A stretch of DNA of 64,000 nt from a bacterium. Its GTDB lineage: Bacteria; UBA8248. The translations under genes and the position numbers were made by a program. Within the stretch, counting starts at the first letter, position 1. Every line of letters starts with the position of its first letter. A model generated the notes under the pieces. It ran no database searches and was not told the DNA's origin. It saw nothing but the letters and a program-made list of their open reading frames with translations. Shown in pieces: positions 35,985-44,221 of the stretch. Location: positions 2,056,812-2,120,811 of the forward strand of contig OZ241875.1 in the NCBI GenBank assembly GCA_965203325.1, read 5' to 3'.

Positions 35985-36905
35985 CTAGGCGCCCATTGTC
36001 TTGTCCGTCTCGGGCGCCCAGAAGAGCACTTTTTTCTTCACGAAGCGCACCACCTGGTGCATCCCCAGACCCATGCACGAGAGGATCACCAAAATGGCGA
36101 ACGTGCCCGTGGTGTCGCTGCTGAAGCTCATCTGCATGAGCAGAATGCCGAGGCCGCACTGGCCGCGGCCGCCCCACATGCACTGGCCCGCGCCCACGAA
36201 CTCGCCGAGAATCGCGCCCAGCAGGCTGAACACCACCGCTATCTCGAAACCCGCGAAGATGAAGGGCAGGGCGTTGGGGAACTGCATCTTCCAGAACATC
36301 TGCCAGCGCGAGGCCGATAGCGAGCGCATGAGGTCTATCTGGTCCGTCGCCGCGGACTTGAGCCCCACCATGGTGTTCACCAGAAGCGGGAAGAACGCCA
36401 CGAGGCCGGCGAGGAAAATCTTCGACTTCACCTCGTAGCCGAACCAGATGATGAACAGGGGCGCGATGGCGAGCTTGGGCAGGGTCTGGAACGCCACCAC
36501 GTAGGGCATGATGATCGCCTCGACCCATTTCGACTGCATGAAGACCAACCCTAAGCCCAGCCCGATGAGGCTGCCCATGAAAAAGCCCATGACGGCCTCG
36601 AACAGCGTGTGGCTGATGTGGTTGTAGAAGCTCGTCTTCATGAGTCCCATGAAGTCCGCAGCCCCTCCCACGCCGCTGCCCACGTCGTAGAAGAACAGCC
36701 CGCGCATCAGCGCCATCGCCACGCCCGAGGGCGCCGGGAAGATGAAGTCGTCCACCTCGAAGTAGTTCACCGTCCATTCCCAGACGACGAGCAGCACCAC
36801 GAAGGATACGCCGAACAGGAGATACGGCCTCTGGAGCAGCGTCTCCGAGAGCGAGGGGCCGCCCGCGCTCTTCGGGGCTTCGTTGTTCCGGTCGGTAGTC
36901 GCCAT
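35985..36905 (-). CDS. ABC transporter permease (NitT/TauT family)
   Basis: 306-aa polytopic ORF located between the ATPase and binding-protein genes. Has the ..DLMRSLSASRWQMFWKMQFPNALPFIFAG loop. Confidence 0.85.
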   Translation of the reverse strand: MATTDRNNEAPKSAGGPSLSETLLQRPYLLFGVSFVVLLVVWEWTVNYFEVDDFIFPAPSGVAMALMRGLFFYDVGSGVGGAADFMGLMKTSFYNHISHTLFEAVMGFFMGSLIGLGLGLVFMQSKWVEAIIMPYVVAFQTLPKLAIAPLFIIWFGYEVKSKIFLAGLVAFFPLLVNTMVGLKSAATDQIDLMRSLSASRWQMFWKMQFPNALPFIFAGFEIAVVFSLLGAILGEFVGAGQCMWGGRGQCGLGILLMQMSFSSDTTGTFAILVILSCMGLGMHQVVRFVKKKVLFWAPETDKTMGA

Positions 36906-36917
36906 TTCGCCTGCCTC

Positions 36918-38060
36918 TTACTTTTGCATCTTCATCATCGCCTTGAATTTCTTCAATTCCTTGGCGAAGTCGAAGTTCTTGGCGCGGTTGATGACCTCGT
37001 TGCGGTCGAAGTTGTTGACCTCATCGATCAACTCGTTCGTGTACAGCGATTTCACCTGCGCGTCCGTGAGCGTCTTGTCGAGGCCTACGAACTTCACGTA
37101 CTCGGCCCACTCACCGTCGTGGTGCGCGCCGAACTTCTTGATCTTCTCGTCATCGAGCTTCAGCTTCGGCGCGCGCGCCTTGAGCACCTTGATCATCAGG
37201 GCGGTGGCCTTCTCGTCGCTCATGCCCTTGGGCTTCGATTCGGGGTAGAGCACCCAGTGCACCTGGAGCGCGGCCACCGGGTTCGTGTAGAAGAAGAGGC
37301 TCCCCTTGGCCAGGCCGCGCAAAAAGCCCACCACGGTGTCGCGGTTGTCCGCCAGGAACTTCTTGTTGATCCACACGACGTTGCCGAAGAGGTTCTGCGT
37401 CCAGCCCTTCTGGTAGGGGATGATGTCGAACTTGAATCCGCGCGCCTTCGCGAGCGTGTACTGGATGTCCACGTTGGCCCAGGCGTCCACGCGGCCGAGC
37501 TTCATCGCCGTGGCCGCCTTCGAGACCGGCCCGACGGGCAGATAGGTCACTTCCTGCTTGTCGGCGGGAATGCCGCAGGTCTCGAGCGCCTTTCTCACGA
37601 AGATGGGGCCCGAGTCGCGCTGGCTCATGACGCCGACCTTCTTGCCCTGCAAATCGCAGACCGACTTGATCTTGCTGCCCGGCGGCACGGCCACGCCGTC
37701 GGCGTAGATGGCGTCGCGGTTCAGGATGTAGACGCCCTTGACGGGAGGCATCTTCTTGCCGCGCGCGGCGCGGAAGAGGATCGGGATGGGCCTCGGCAGG
37801 CCGACGTGCGTGCGGCCCGAGAGCACCCAGCCCATCGCCTGCGCGCCGCCCTGTGCGGCGACGAACTGCGCGTCCACGCCGTTTTCCTGGTAGTAGCCCA
37901 GGAAATTTCCGATCCAAAGGAACGATATGCCCGGATTGAACAGCGGGTTCGCCATCGTCACCTTGATGTTCTTGAGCTTCATGGCGTCGGACGGCGCCGG
38001 CGCCGCGGCCAGCAGCGCGAACAGGGCCGCGACGGCGATTACGAGTCTGAATTTCTTCAT
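36918..38060 (-). CDS. ABC transporter substrate-binding protein (NMT1/SsuA-like)
   Basis: Signal peptide MKKFRLVIAVAALFALLAAAPAPSDA. Positioned in the transporter operon. Confidence 0.8.
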   Translation of the reverse strand: MKKFRLVIAVAALFALLAAAPAPSDAMKLKNIKVTMANPLFNPGISFLWIGNFLGYYQENGVDAQFVAAQGGAQAMGWVLSGRTHVGLPRPIPILFRAARGKKMPPVKGVYILNRDAIYADGVAVPPGSKIKSVCDLQGKKVGVMSQRDSGPIFVRKALETCGIPADKQEVTYLPVGPVSKAATAMKLGRVDAWANVDIQYTLAKARGFKFDIIPYQKGWTQNLFGNVVWINKKFLADNRDTVVGFLRGLAKGSLFFYTNPVAALQVHWVLYPESKPKGMSDEKATALMIKVLKARAPKLKLDDEKIKKFGAHHDGEWAEYVKFVGLDKTLTDAQVKSLYTNELIDEVNNFDRNEVINRAKNFDFAKELKKFKAMMKMQK

Positions 38061-38105
38061 GATGGTTCTCCTTCCTGGGAGTTATGAGTCAGCAAGATTC
38101 TCTTT

Positions 38106-38879
38106 CTAATCCTCCACTATCGCGACCGGGCGCACCCACGCGCCGCTCGCGTCTTTCACGTTGATCGGAAAACAGCATATCTTGAAGCCGTGCGGCTTCG
38201 GGATCGCCCCGATATTGGTGATCTGCTCGATCTGGAAATACTCGCGCTGCCTGCCGAGGATGTGGTGACACGGCATGAGCGATTCGCGCTTGCCCGCCTT
38301 GAACTCGGGCACCTGGAAGCTGAATGGCCTGTCGAAGCCGAAGGCGTCGATGCCGATGACGCGCACGCCGCGATCGAGCAGATACTCCGTCGCCGGGATG
38401 CTCATGCCCGGGTGGAGTTCTGGATAATCGGGGCTGTCACGGTGCTCGTCGGTGCCCGTCCACAGGAGCACGATGTCGCCCGCCTTGACCTCGTAGTCGA
38501 TTTTGGCGAGGCACTCGATGATGTCTTCTTCGCTAATCCAGTCGCCCGTCCTCTTGTGCCGCAAATCGAGCACCACGCCGTCGCCGTAGCACCACTCCAG
38601 CGGCACCTTGTCGATCTTGCGCGAGGGCTCGCCCGCCACGGTGGGGCCGTAGTGCCAGGGGGCGTCCATGTGGGTGGCCGAGTGGGTGGAGACGGTAACG
38701 AACTCCGCCGCCCCGCCCACGCCGTCGTGAAGCTCCTCGATCGGGATATCCCAGGTCTTGGCCGAGCGCGCGCCGAACTCCGCATGGTCGAGGTAGGTGA
38801 CCTCGGGCGGGCGCGGCTCGTTCGAGCCGTTCATGATGGGGGTGCTCAAGTCGATGAACCTGGTAGCGCACATGGTCAA
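38106..38879 (-). CDS. cyclase family protein (kynurenine-formamidase-like)
   Basis: HSATHMDAPWHY fits the H.GTH.D.P.H cyclase motif. Confidence 0.8.
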   Translation of the reverse strand: MTMCATRFIDLSTPIMNGSNEPRPPEVTYLDHAEFGARSAKTWDIPIEELHDGVGGAAEFVTVSTHSATHMDAPWHYGPTVAGEPSRKIDKVPLEWCYGDGVVLDLRHKRTGDWISEEDIIECLAKIDYEVKAGDIVLLWTGTDEHRDSPDYPELHPGMSIPATEYLLDRGVRVIGIDAFGFDRPFSFQVPEFKAGKRESLMPCHHILGRQREYFQIEQITNIGAIPKPHGFKICCFPINVKDASGAWVRPVAIVED

Positions 38880-38915
38880 TCCTTTGCTGGTTGAAAATCT
38901 ATTGGGCCTAATCGC

Positions 38916-40151
38916 CTAGACGACCCAGAGTTTTCTCTCCTGCGGGTAGACGGGCTCATACCCGGTTTCGGTGACGATGACGGTCTTCTCTATCTGGGTT
39001 CCGCCCATGCCGAATATCTGGCAGGGGTTCTCGACACAGATCGTGGTTCCGACTTCGAGCGGGAAATCGCTCGATTCCGGCAGGAAGGGGCTGCCCTGGG
39101 GCGCGGGTTCCGCGAGGACGTAGGGCACCTCGCGCTGCTCCAGCCCGATGGCGTGGCCGGCGAAGTTGCCGTTGTGCTCGGGAAGCCCCGCCGCGCGCGT
39201 GGCCGCGAGCATGGTGCGGTGAATGGTGGAGCCGAGCACGCCCGCCTTGACCTTCGACATCGCGGCCTCGAAGCCCTCTTCGGTCGCTTTCCACAAATCG
39301 AGCTGCGCCTGCGTCGGCTCGCCGAGCACGCCGCCCCAGCCGGTGTCGCCCTGGTAGTTGTTCAGGACGACGCCGGCGTCGAACTTCCACATCTCGCCTT
39401 TGGCGATCTTCTTGTCGGTGGGCGGGAAGATGCCCGTCGCCCGGCGGCCCGAGCAGAAGTGGAACCACTGCCATTTGCCGCCCATGCGGCCGACTTCCGC
39501 CGCGAAGACCGAAGCCACCTCGCGCTCGGTCGCGCCCTCGGCCACCGCGTTCGATGCGGCGGTCGCCGCCTTCTCGTTCACCTCGGCGGCGGCGGCGAGC
39601 GCTGCTATCTCATCGGGCGTCTTGACCATCCGGATCAGGCGGAAGAAATCCGCCGCGTCGACGATCTCGGCATCCGGCAGGGCCGCTTCTATCTGGGCGC
39701 GGACGTTCGGCATCACGCGCTCCTGATCGAGTGCAAGCCTCGCCTTCGTGAGGCCGCGGTTTTTGAGCGCGAGCGCAAGGGCCTCGCCGGGGTTCTTGCC
39801 GCGTTTTCCGTCGTCGTTGTAGAGGCCCAGGTAGGTTTCTTCTTCTGCCGTCTGCGCCTGCTCTCCGGGCGGCTGGATGAGCGCGCTCTTGCCGCCGAAG
39901 GTGTAGAGGTCCTTGATCCAGGACTGCTGGGCCGAGACGTAGGTGACCTCCTGGCCCGGCACGATGAGGGCGGGCGCCGTCCCCTCGTCGCGCGCGAAGA
40001 CGGCGAGCATGTGGACGGAATAGGCGTAGACCTTGTTCGACCAGCCCACGGTGCCGGCGAGATAGGTGACGTTCTCGGGCGTGGAGGCGATGATGGCGTC
40101 GAAGCCGAAGTCGGCCATCAGCCCGCGCGCGCGCTCTGCGTTCAGATACAT
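38916..40151 (-). CDS. M24 family metallopeptidase (creatinase/Xaa-Pro peptidase-like)
   Basis: Creatinase-type N-domain (AIIASTPENVTYLAG) followed by a pita-bread C-domain (..FAGHAIGLEQREVPY.., ..ICVENP..GGTQIEKTVIVTETG). Confidence 0.8.
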   Translation of the reverse strand: MYLNAERARGLMADFGFDAIIASTPENVTYLAGTVGWSNKVYAYSVHMLAVFARDEGTAPALIVPGQEVTYVSAQQSWIKDLYTFGGKSALIQPPGEQAQTAEEETYLGLYNDDGKRGKNPGEALALALKNRGLTKARLALDQERVMPNVRAQIEAALPDAEIVDAADFFRLIRMVKTPDEIAALAAAAEVNEKAATAASNAVAEGATEREVASVFAAEVGRMGGKWQWFHFCSGRRATGIFPPTDKKIAKGEMWKFDAGVVLNNYQGDTGWGGVLGEPTQAQLDLWKATEEGFEAAMSKVKAGVLGSTIHRTMLAATRAAGLPEHNGNFAGHAIGLEQREVPYVLAEPAPQGSPFLPESSDFPLEVGTTICVENPCQIFGMGGTQIEKTVIVTETGYEPVYPQERKLWVV

Positions 40152-40535
40152 GGTGCGTTCCTCAAAGCTGGGGGATCCGGATAGGGCCGAAATGCCCCAT
40201 CCGGCCTCGGCGCTCCTGAGCGATCCGCGTTATGTCGATTGCGGGAAGCGTATCAAATCGGCCAGAGCCTGAAAAGCGAAGCAGGGGTCTGAACGGCGGG
40301 AGTTTGATCCGCGCGGCGGGGTGTCTCCATGCGCGGACTCCTGTTGTGCGTTTCAAATCCGCTCCCCCTCGAGGGGGTTGCTGAACAACCCCTGCAATGA
40401 CGGGTCGGGCGCGCTTCGCTGCGCCTTGGGCGGCCCTTGACACCTCCCGCCCGCGGCCATAGAAACCTTGATCGAACAGACTTAAACCTGGCCGAAAAAA
40501 GAAAACCGAATCCCCCCGCACAGGAAACCGGAACC

Positions 40536-41270
40536 ATGGCCCGACTGACCGATTACCGCGTACTCACGTTCGACTGCTACGGCACCCTCATCGACTGGGA
40601 GACCGGCATCTGGGATGCGCTGCAGCCGCTCATCATGGAGGGCGGCGACTCAGACGTGACGCGCGAGGCCGCACTCGCCGCCTTTGCGAAGTGGGAGGCC
40701 CACCACGAGCACGCCTCGCCCGGGCTTCGCTACCCCGATCTCCTCGCAAAAGTCCACCGGAGCATGGCGGAGAGTCTGGGCCTTCCGACGAGCGACGCGC
40801 TCGATGAGGGGTTCGGCGCATCGGTGCCGCTCTGGCCCGCGTTCGCAGATACCGCGGACGCGCTGCGCGTCCTGAAACGCCGCTACAGGCTCGTCATCCT
40901 CTCGAACGTCCACCGCGAGGGCTTCGCCGCCTCGAACAGGAAGCTGGGCGTCGCGTTCGACGCGGTCTACACCGCAGAAGACATCGGCTCCTACAAGCCC
41001 GCAGACGCCAACTTCGAATATCTCCTCTCGCACCTGAAATCCGATTTCGGACTCGATCGCGCAGACGTCCTCCACACCGCGCAGAGCCTGCGCCACGACC
41101 ACGCGCCCGCGAACCGTTTCGGCCTCTCCAACGCCTGGATCGACCGCCAGAGGCTCTCCGAGGGGGGAAGCTGGGGAGCGACGGAAAAAGTCGAGAACAT
41201 GCCGACGACCGACTTCATCTTCTTCTCGATGGGCGAGATGGCCGCAGCCGTCGAGGCGGAGGGGGGTTAG
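40536..41270 (+). CDS. HAD-superfamily hydrolase (haloacid dehalogenase type II-like)
   Basis: N-terminal FDCYGTLIDWE (DxYGT nucleophile motif), ..ILSN.., ..YKP.. motifs. Confidence 0.8.
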   Translation: MARLTDYRVLTFDCYGTLIDWETGIWDALQPLIMEGGDSDVTREAALAAFAKWEAHHEHASPGLRYPDLLAKVHRSMAESLGLPTSDALDEGFGASVPLWPAFADTADALRVLKRRYRLVILSNVHREGFAASNRKLGVAFDAVYTAEDIGSYKPADANFEYLLSHLKSDFGLDRADVLHTAQSLRHDHAPANRFGLSNAWIDRQRLSEGGSWGATEKVENMPTTDFIFFSMGEMAAAVEAEGG

Positions 41271-41348
41271 GGCAATTCACCAGTTAGCAGGCTAGGTAAT
41301 GGAAAACGGCTTTGGTGAGAATATCCGGCGGCGTAGTCTACAAATTTC

Positions 41349-41969
41349 CTAATGATTCGCTATCTGTATGCTCAGGAGTTTTCTTATAAGTTCGCATAAA
41401 GGCTCAAGAATTTCTTCATACGGCTCATCCGGTGCTTTTTGCTTTGCTATATTATCCGCGTGTTGAAGAGTTGAAACGTATTGATCCCTGTGCTGGCGTA
41501 AAAGTTCCGGCAATATCGTTTTTCCACTTATCCATCCCCCGGATTTGATGCAAAGTACAAAATAACAGCAAGCGCGCGCCGTTCTCCCGTTTCCATTGAT
41601 GAATGGATGAATTTGATTAAGTTTCCACAGAACATAAGCAGAGATAACGAAAGGATCCGCATTCTCCCAGTGCTGATTTACAAGATTCACGAAATCATCC
41701 ATCAGGGCTTGCACGCGATAATGCGCCGGTGGGTGATAGCTGCCAACCGTAACCTCGCAAGGACGATACTCTCCTGCATTCACATGAAGGCAAGCAATGG
41801 CGTGGTAATTCAGCGCCTTGATCAAGGCTTGAGAAAGGAAAGGACGTTGCGTCCTTAGTGCAACCGAAACCATAGACTCCAGGAAATGAAGCTGCCTATC
41901 CGTATTGAGGTATTCCAGCGTTCTGTAAATTTCATCATCTTCCGTTCCTGTCAGTTCGTACAAAATCAT
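41349..41969 (-). CDS. Fic family protein (Fido domain)
   Basis: Canonical active-site motif HPFINGNGRTAR. AT-rich gene. ATGA overlap with the upstream small ORF. Confidence 0.9.
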   Translation of the reverse strand: MILYELTGTEDDEIYRTLEYLNTDRQLHFLESMVSVALRTQRPFLSQALIKALNYHAIACLHVNAGEYRPCEVTVGSYHPPAHYRVQALMDDFVNLVNQHWENADPFVISAYVLWKLNQIHPFINGNGRTARACCYFVLCIKSGGWISGKTILPELLRQHRDQYVSTLQHADNIAKQKAPDEPYEEILEPLCELIRKLLSIQIANH

Positions 41970-42157
41970 TCATGCATGTTTCCGTAACGCTCATCAATAT
42001 AATCCTCAACCTCCTTCTTGGTCGAATCATCATCCCTGCCGACCACGGAGAGAATGTAAGATATCCTTTGCGCTCTTTTTTCCTCGGGGGTCATCGATCG
42101 CTGGGCCGCTTTCTTCATACGTGCGATAAGTTCATCATTTTCAGCAACTTGACTCAT
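41966..42157 (-). CDS. small protein translationally coupled to Fic (candidate antitoxin)
   Basis: GAGGGAG sits 7-8 nt before the ATG at 42157. 63 aa: MSQVAENDELIARMKKAAQRSMTPEEKRAQRISYILSVVGRDDDSTKKEVEDYIDERYGNMHE. Its stop overlaps the Fic start. Confidence 0.6.
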   Translation of the reverse strand: MSQVAENDELIARMKKAAQRSMTPEEKRAQRISYILSVVGRDDDSTKKEVEDYIDERYGNMHE

Positions 42158-42267
42158 TGCTTTCTCCCTCTTCGGCATCAAGTCGACTTTATTGTATATT
42201 AGGTCAAATATAATAGAAAACCGACTTCCAGGAAACCGCCTGCTCCCTCATCCCAAATACCATTTTT

Positions 42268-42327
42268 AGAAAAGCAGGGGCCTCGTGAGAGGCCCCGCAC
42301 CCGGCGGGCGAAACCACCGGGGGAGTG
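42268..42327 (-). ncRNA. candidate ~60-nt structured RNA / terminator-containing leader, copy A
   Basis: Hairpin 1 CCCGGTGG-tttcgc-CCGCCGGG (42300-42321). Hairpin 2 GGGGCCTC-tcac-GAGGCCCC (42277-42296) followed by a U-tract. A homologous copy lies at 44855-44916. Confidence 0.4.
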
Positions 42328-42333
42328 AGAATC

Positions 42334-42362
42334 AGGATGCCGCTATCCGGAGCATCCGTCAA
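42334..42362 (-). promoter_or_regulatory. promoter-like element of module copy A
   Basis: On the minus strand: TTGACG (42362-42357), exactly 17 nt, then CATCCT (42339-42334). The same architecture occurs in copy B. Confidence 0.4.
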
Positions 42363-42410
42363 ACAGAGAAAAAGAAGCCTCCCGTTCCACATCGCCTCTG
42401 TAACGTCGGC

Positions 42411-42719
42411 TCATAGTGAACCTACATCGGCCAGCCGTTTCTCCCGGTCACGCTCCCTGCGAACCTGCGCCAGTTCGTAGCTCGCCTGCATGCGCATCCA
42501 GTGGTCGGCCGTCCCCCAGCCGATGCCCTCCAGCGCAAGCGCCATGTTGGCGGACACCCCCGCCTTTCCGTTCAGCAGGCGAGAAAGCGTCCCGCGCTCA
42601 CATCCCAGATGAGCCGAGGTCTCGGTGACGCTCCAGCCGACCTCTTCTATGCTCTCGCGGATCAGTTCGCCCAGATGCGGCGGGTTCAGCATCGGGCCGA
42701 CACGTTCACTCTCGCTCAT
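42411..42719 (-). CDS. higA: HigA-family antitoxin (XRE HTH)
   Basis: MLNPPHLGELIRESIEE.GWSVTETSAHLGCERGTLSRLLNGKAGVSANMALAL. AAAGGAGGA RBS. Confidence 0.88.
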   Translation of the reverse strand: MSESERVGPMLNPPHLGELIRESIEEVGWSVTETSAHLGCERGTLSRLLNGKAGVSANMALALEGIGWGTADHWMRMQASYELAQVRRERDREKRLADVGSL

Positions 42720-42737
42720 CGCTCATCCTCCTTTGCA

Positions 42738-42815
42738 TCAGTGGTAGTCAATCAGGTCTACGTCGACGGCTTCGCCGTCCTCGAAGCGGAACACCACGCG
42801 CCAGTTGCCGGAGAC
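42738..42815 (-). pseudogene. higB: 3' remnant of higB (plasmid-maintenance killer) gene
   Basis: Frame gives *VSGNWRVVFRFEDGEAVDVDLIDYH*. Only the last 25 codons survive, and the stop lies 18 nt before the higA start. Confidence 0.65.
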
Positions 42816-42879
42816 TCATACGCTACCAGCACCACGACGAATTCATTAACGACCTTGACGATGTAGCACACCCTGCAGG

Positions 42880-43740
42880 TCAGTCGGAACCTTTATTGAT
42901 GGCAACTTCGATCAGCAGTCGGCAATGGTCACTGGAGCCCCACTCATCCACCTCGTTGAGCGCGCGAACGTTCACCCCCTCGTGGAAACCTCGCGAGGCG
43001 AAAGCGTAGTCGAGCTGGCGGTCGGCATCCGCCGGAGATTGCCCGGTAATGTGGAATGTCGGGATATTCTTCGTCTCGGCCGGCACATCGGGCTGGGGCG
43101 TCGCCGACTGCCTGCCGTCCGGCGTTTGCGGCCCGAGAAACTCCAGCCCGAGGGCGGTCATCCTTTCCCAGACCGTGCGCTCGCGCTCGGGCAGCGACAA
43201 GCTGTGACCCGTCGCGCCGTAGAACATGTTCAGGTCGCCCGCGGCCAGGATGCGGTGTTTGGACGGGTCGGTGTGACCGATGAAGGCCGAGAGGTCCGAG
43301 ATGATCCGGTGCGCCGAAACGTCGGAAGCCCCGATCCACGAACTTCCGGTCGATGGGTGGGGCTTCATCCAGCGCGCGTACATGGATACGGCCACGAAAG
43401 CCCCTTCTTCATTCTCACGCGGGATCACCCTCGCGGCGGCGATGGTGCCGATGCCGCTCACGCCGATGTCGCCCTCACCGAGATAGCTTGTCGGCGGAAC
43501 CTGCCGGAACCGCTCGACCCGGACCCGGTCGGACAACCCCACGACCAGGCACCAGCGGTCATACAGATGACGGTCCCAGAATACGTCGTCCTTGTTTGGA
43601 AGTAGATGCACCAGATCGCCGGGCGGGCTTCCGGCTTCCTGAAGCAGCGCAACATCCGCCTCGCCCCGGCTCGCCATATCCGCGAGTTCGCGCCACGGCT
43701 CCATGCGCTTGCCGATGTTCCAGCTCACGACCCTGATCAC
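42880..43740 (-). CDS. endonuclease/exonuclease/phosphatase (EEP) family protein
   Basis: Motifs VVSWNIG, ALLQEAG, AAGDLN, DYAF, SSDHCRL. GTG start with a GAGAGGAGG RBS. Confidence 0.85.
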   Translation of the reverse strand: MIRVVSWNIGKRMEPWRELADMASRGEADVALLQEAGSPPGDLVHLLPNKDDVFWDRHLYDRWCLVVGLSDRVRVERFRQVPPTSYLGEGDIGVSGIGTIAAARVIPRENEEGAFVAVSMYARWMKPHPSTGSSWIGASDVSAHRIISDLSAFIGHTDPSKHRILAAGDLNMFYGATGHSLSLPERERTVWERMTALGLEFLGPQTPDGRQSATPQPDVPAETKNIPTFHITGQSPADADRQLDYAFASRGFHEGVNVRALNEVDEWGSSDHCRLLIEVAINKGSD

Positions 43741-43765
43741 GCCCCAATGCCTCCTCTCTCCGCCC

Positions 43766-44128
43766 TCACCCCCGCCGCGCGAGCCACCACGACGCCGCCC
43801 AGACCGGCAGGCTTAAAATCACCGCGTAGAGGGCGATGGCTATCGGGCCGAGCAGTCCCGCCACCAGCGATGTCGCCACCGTGACCGTGCCCAGTATGAC
43901 CCCCGCCGTCCAGGCATCCCGGCGGTAGCCCAGCCGCCACAGCCACCGGCACCCCAGCGCCAGCGGCAGGCCGCAGGGCGCGACAGGGACCAGCGACAAC
44001 ATCGCCATCGGTATCGACATCCAGAACCCGGGCTGTGCGCCAAATCGCACGACTGCGGTTGTTATCAGCCCGACCGGCAGCCACAGGAGCGCCAGCGCCC
44101 AGAAACCGATGAGTTCTTTTTTGTCCAT
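43766..44128 (-). CDS. small integral membrane protein (4 TM), paralog of 14099-14458
   Basis: Conserved blocks shared with the first copy (see that feature). Lies 25 nt upstream of the EEP gene on the same strand. Confidence 0.65.
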   Translation of the reverse strand: MDKKELIGFWALALLWLPVGLITTAVVRFGAQPGFWMSIPMAMLSLVPVAPCGLPLALGCRWLWRLGYRRDAWTAGVILGTVTVATSLVAGLLGPIAIALYAVILSLPVWAASWWLARRG

Positions 44129-44131
44129 GCC

Positions 44132-44195
44132 TCACGCCCCCATGACGAGCGCGAGTTCGCGCACCAGCTTCGCGGCGGCGGCGCTCAGGGCGGGC
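44132..44195 (-). pseudogene. orphan diverged copy of the last ~20 codons of speB
   Basis: Encodes ..ALSAAAAAKLVRELALVMGA*, compared with ..GASAIAASKIVRELALVMGA* at the real speB end. About 58 aligned nt carry ~10 mismatches. Confidence 0.7.
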
Positions 44196-44221
44196 GTTCT
44201 AGCAACGGAAGTCAACCGGAT

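Noticed and set aside
41271-41348. Looked for a displaced higA or speB 3' fragment, or a second conserved boundary, downstream of the Fic cassette, analogous to the one bounding the NYN cassette.
   Set aside because: There is only weak, patchy similarity to the 44196-44221 boundary, which is not enough to claim a shared cassette end.
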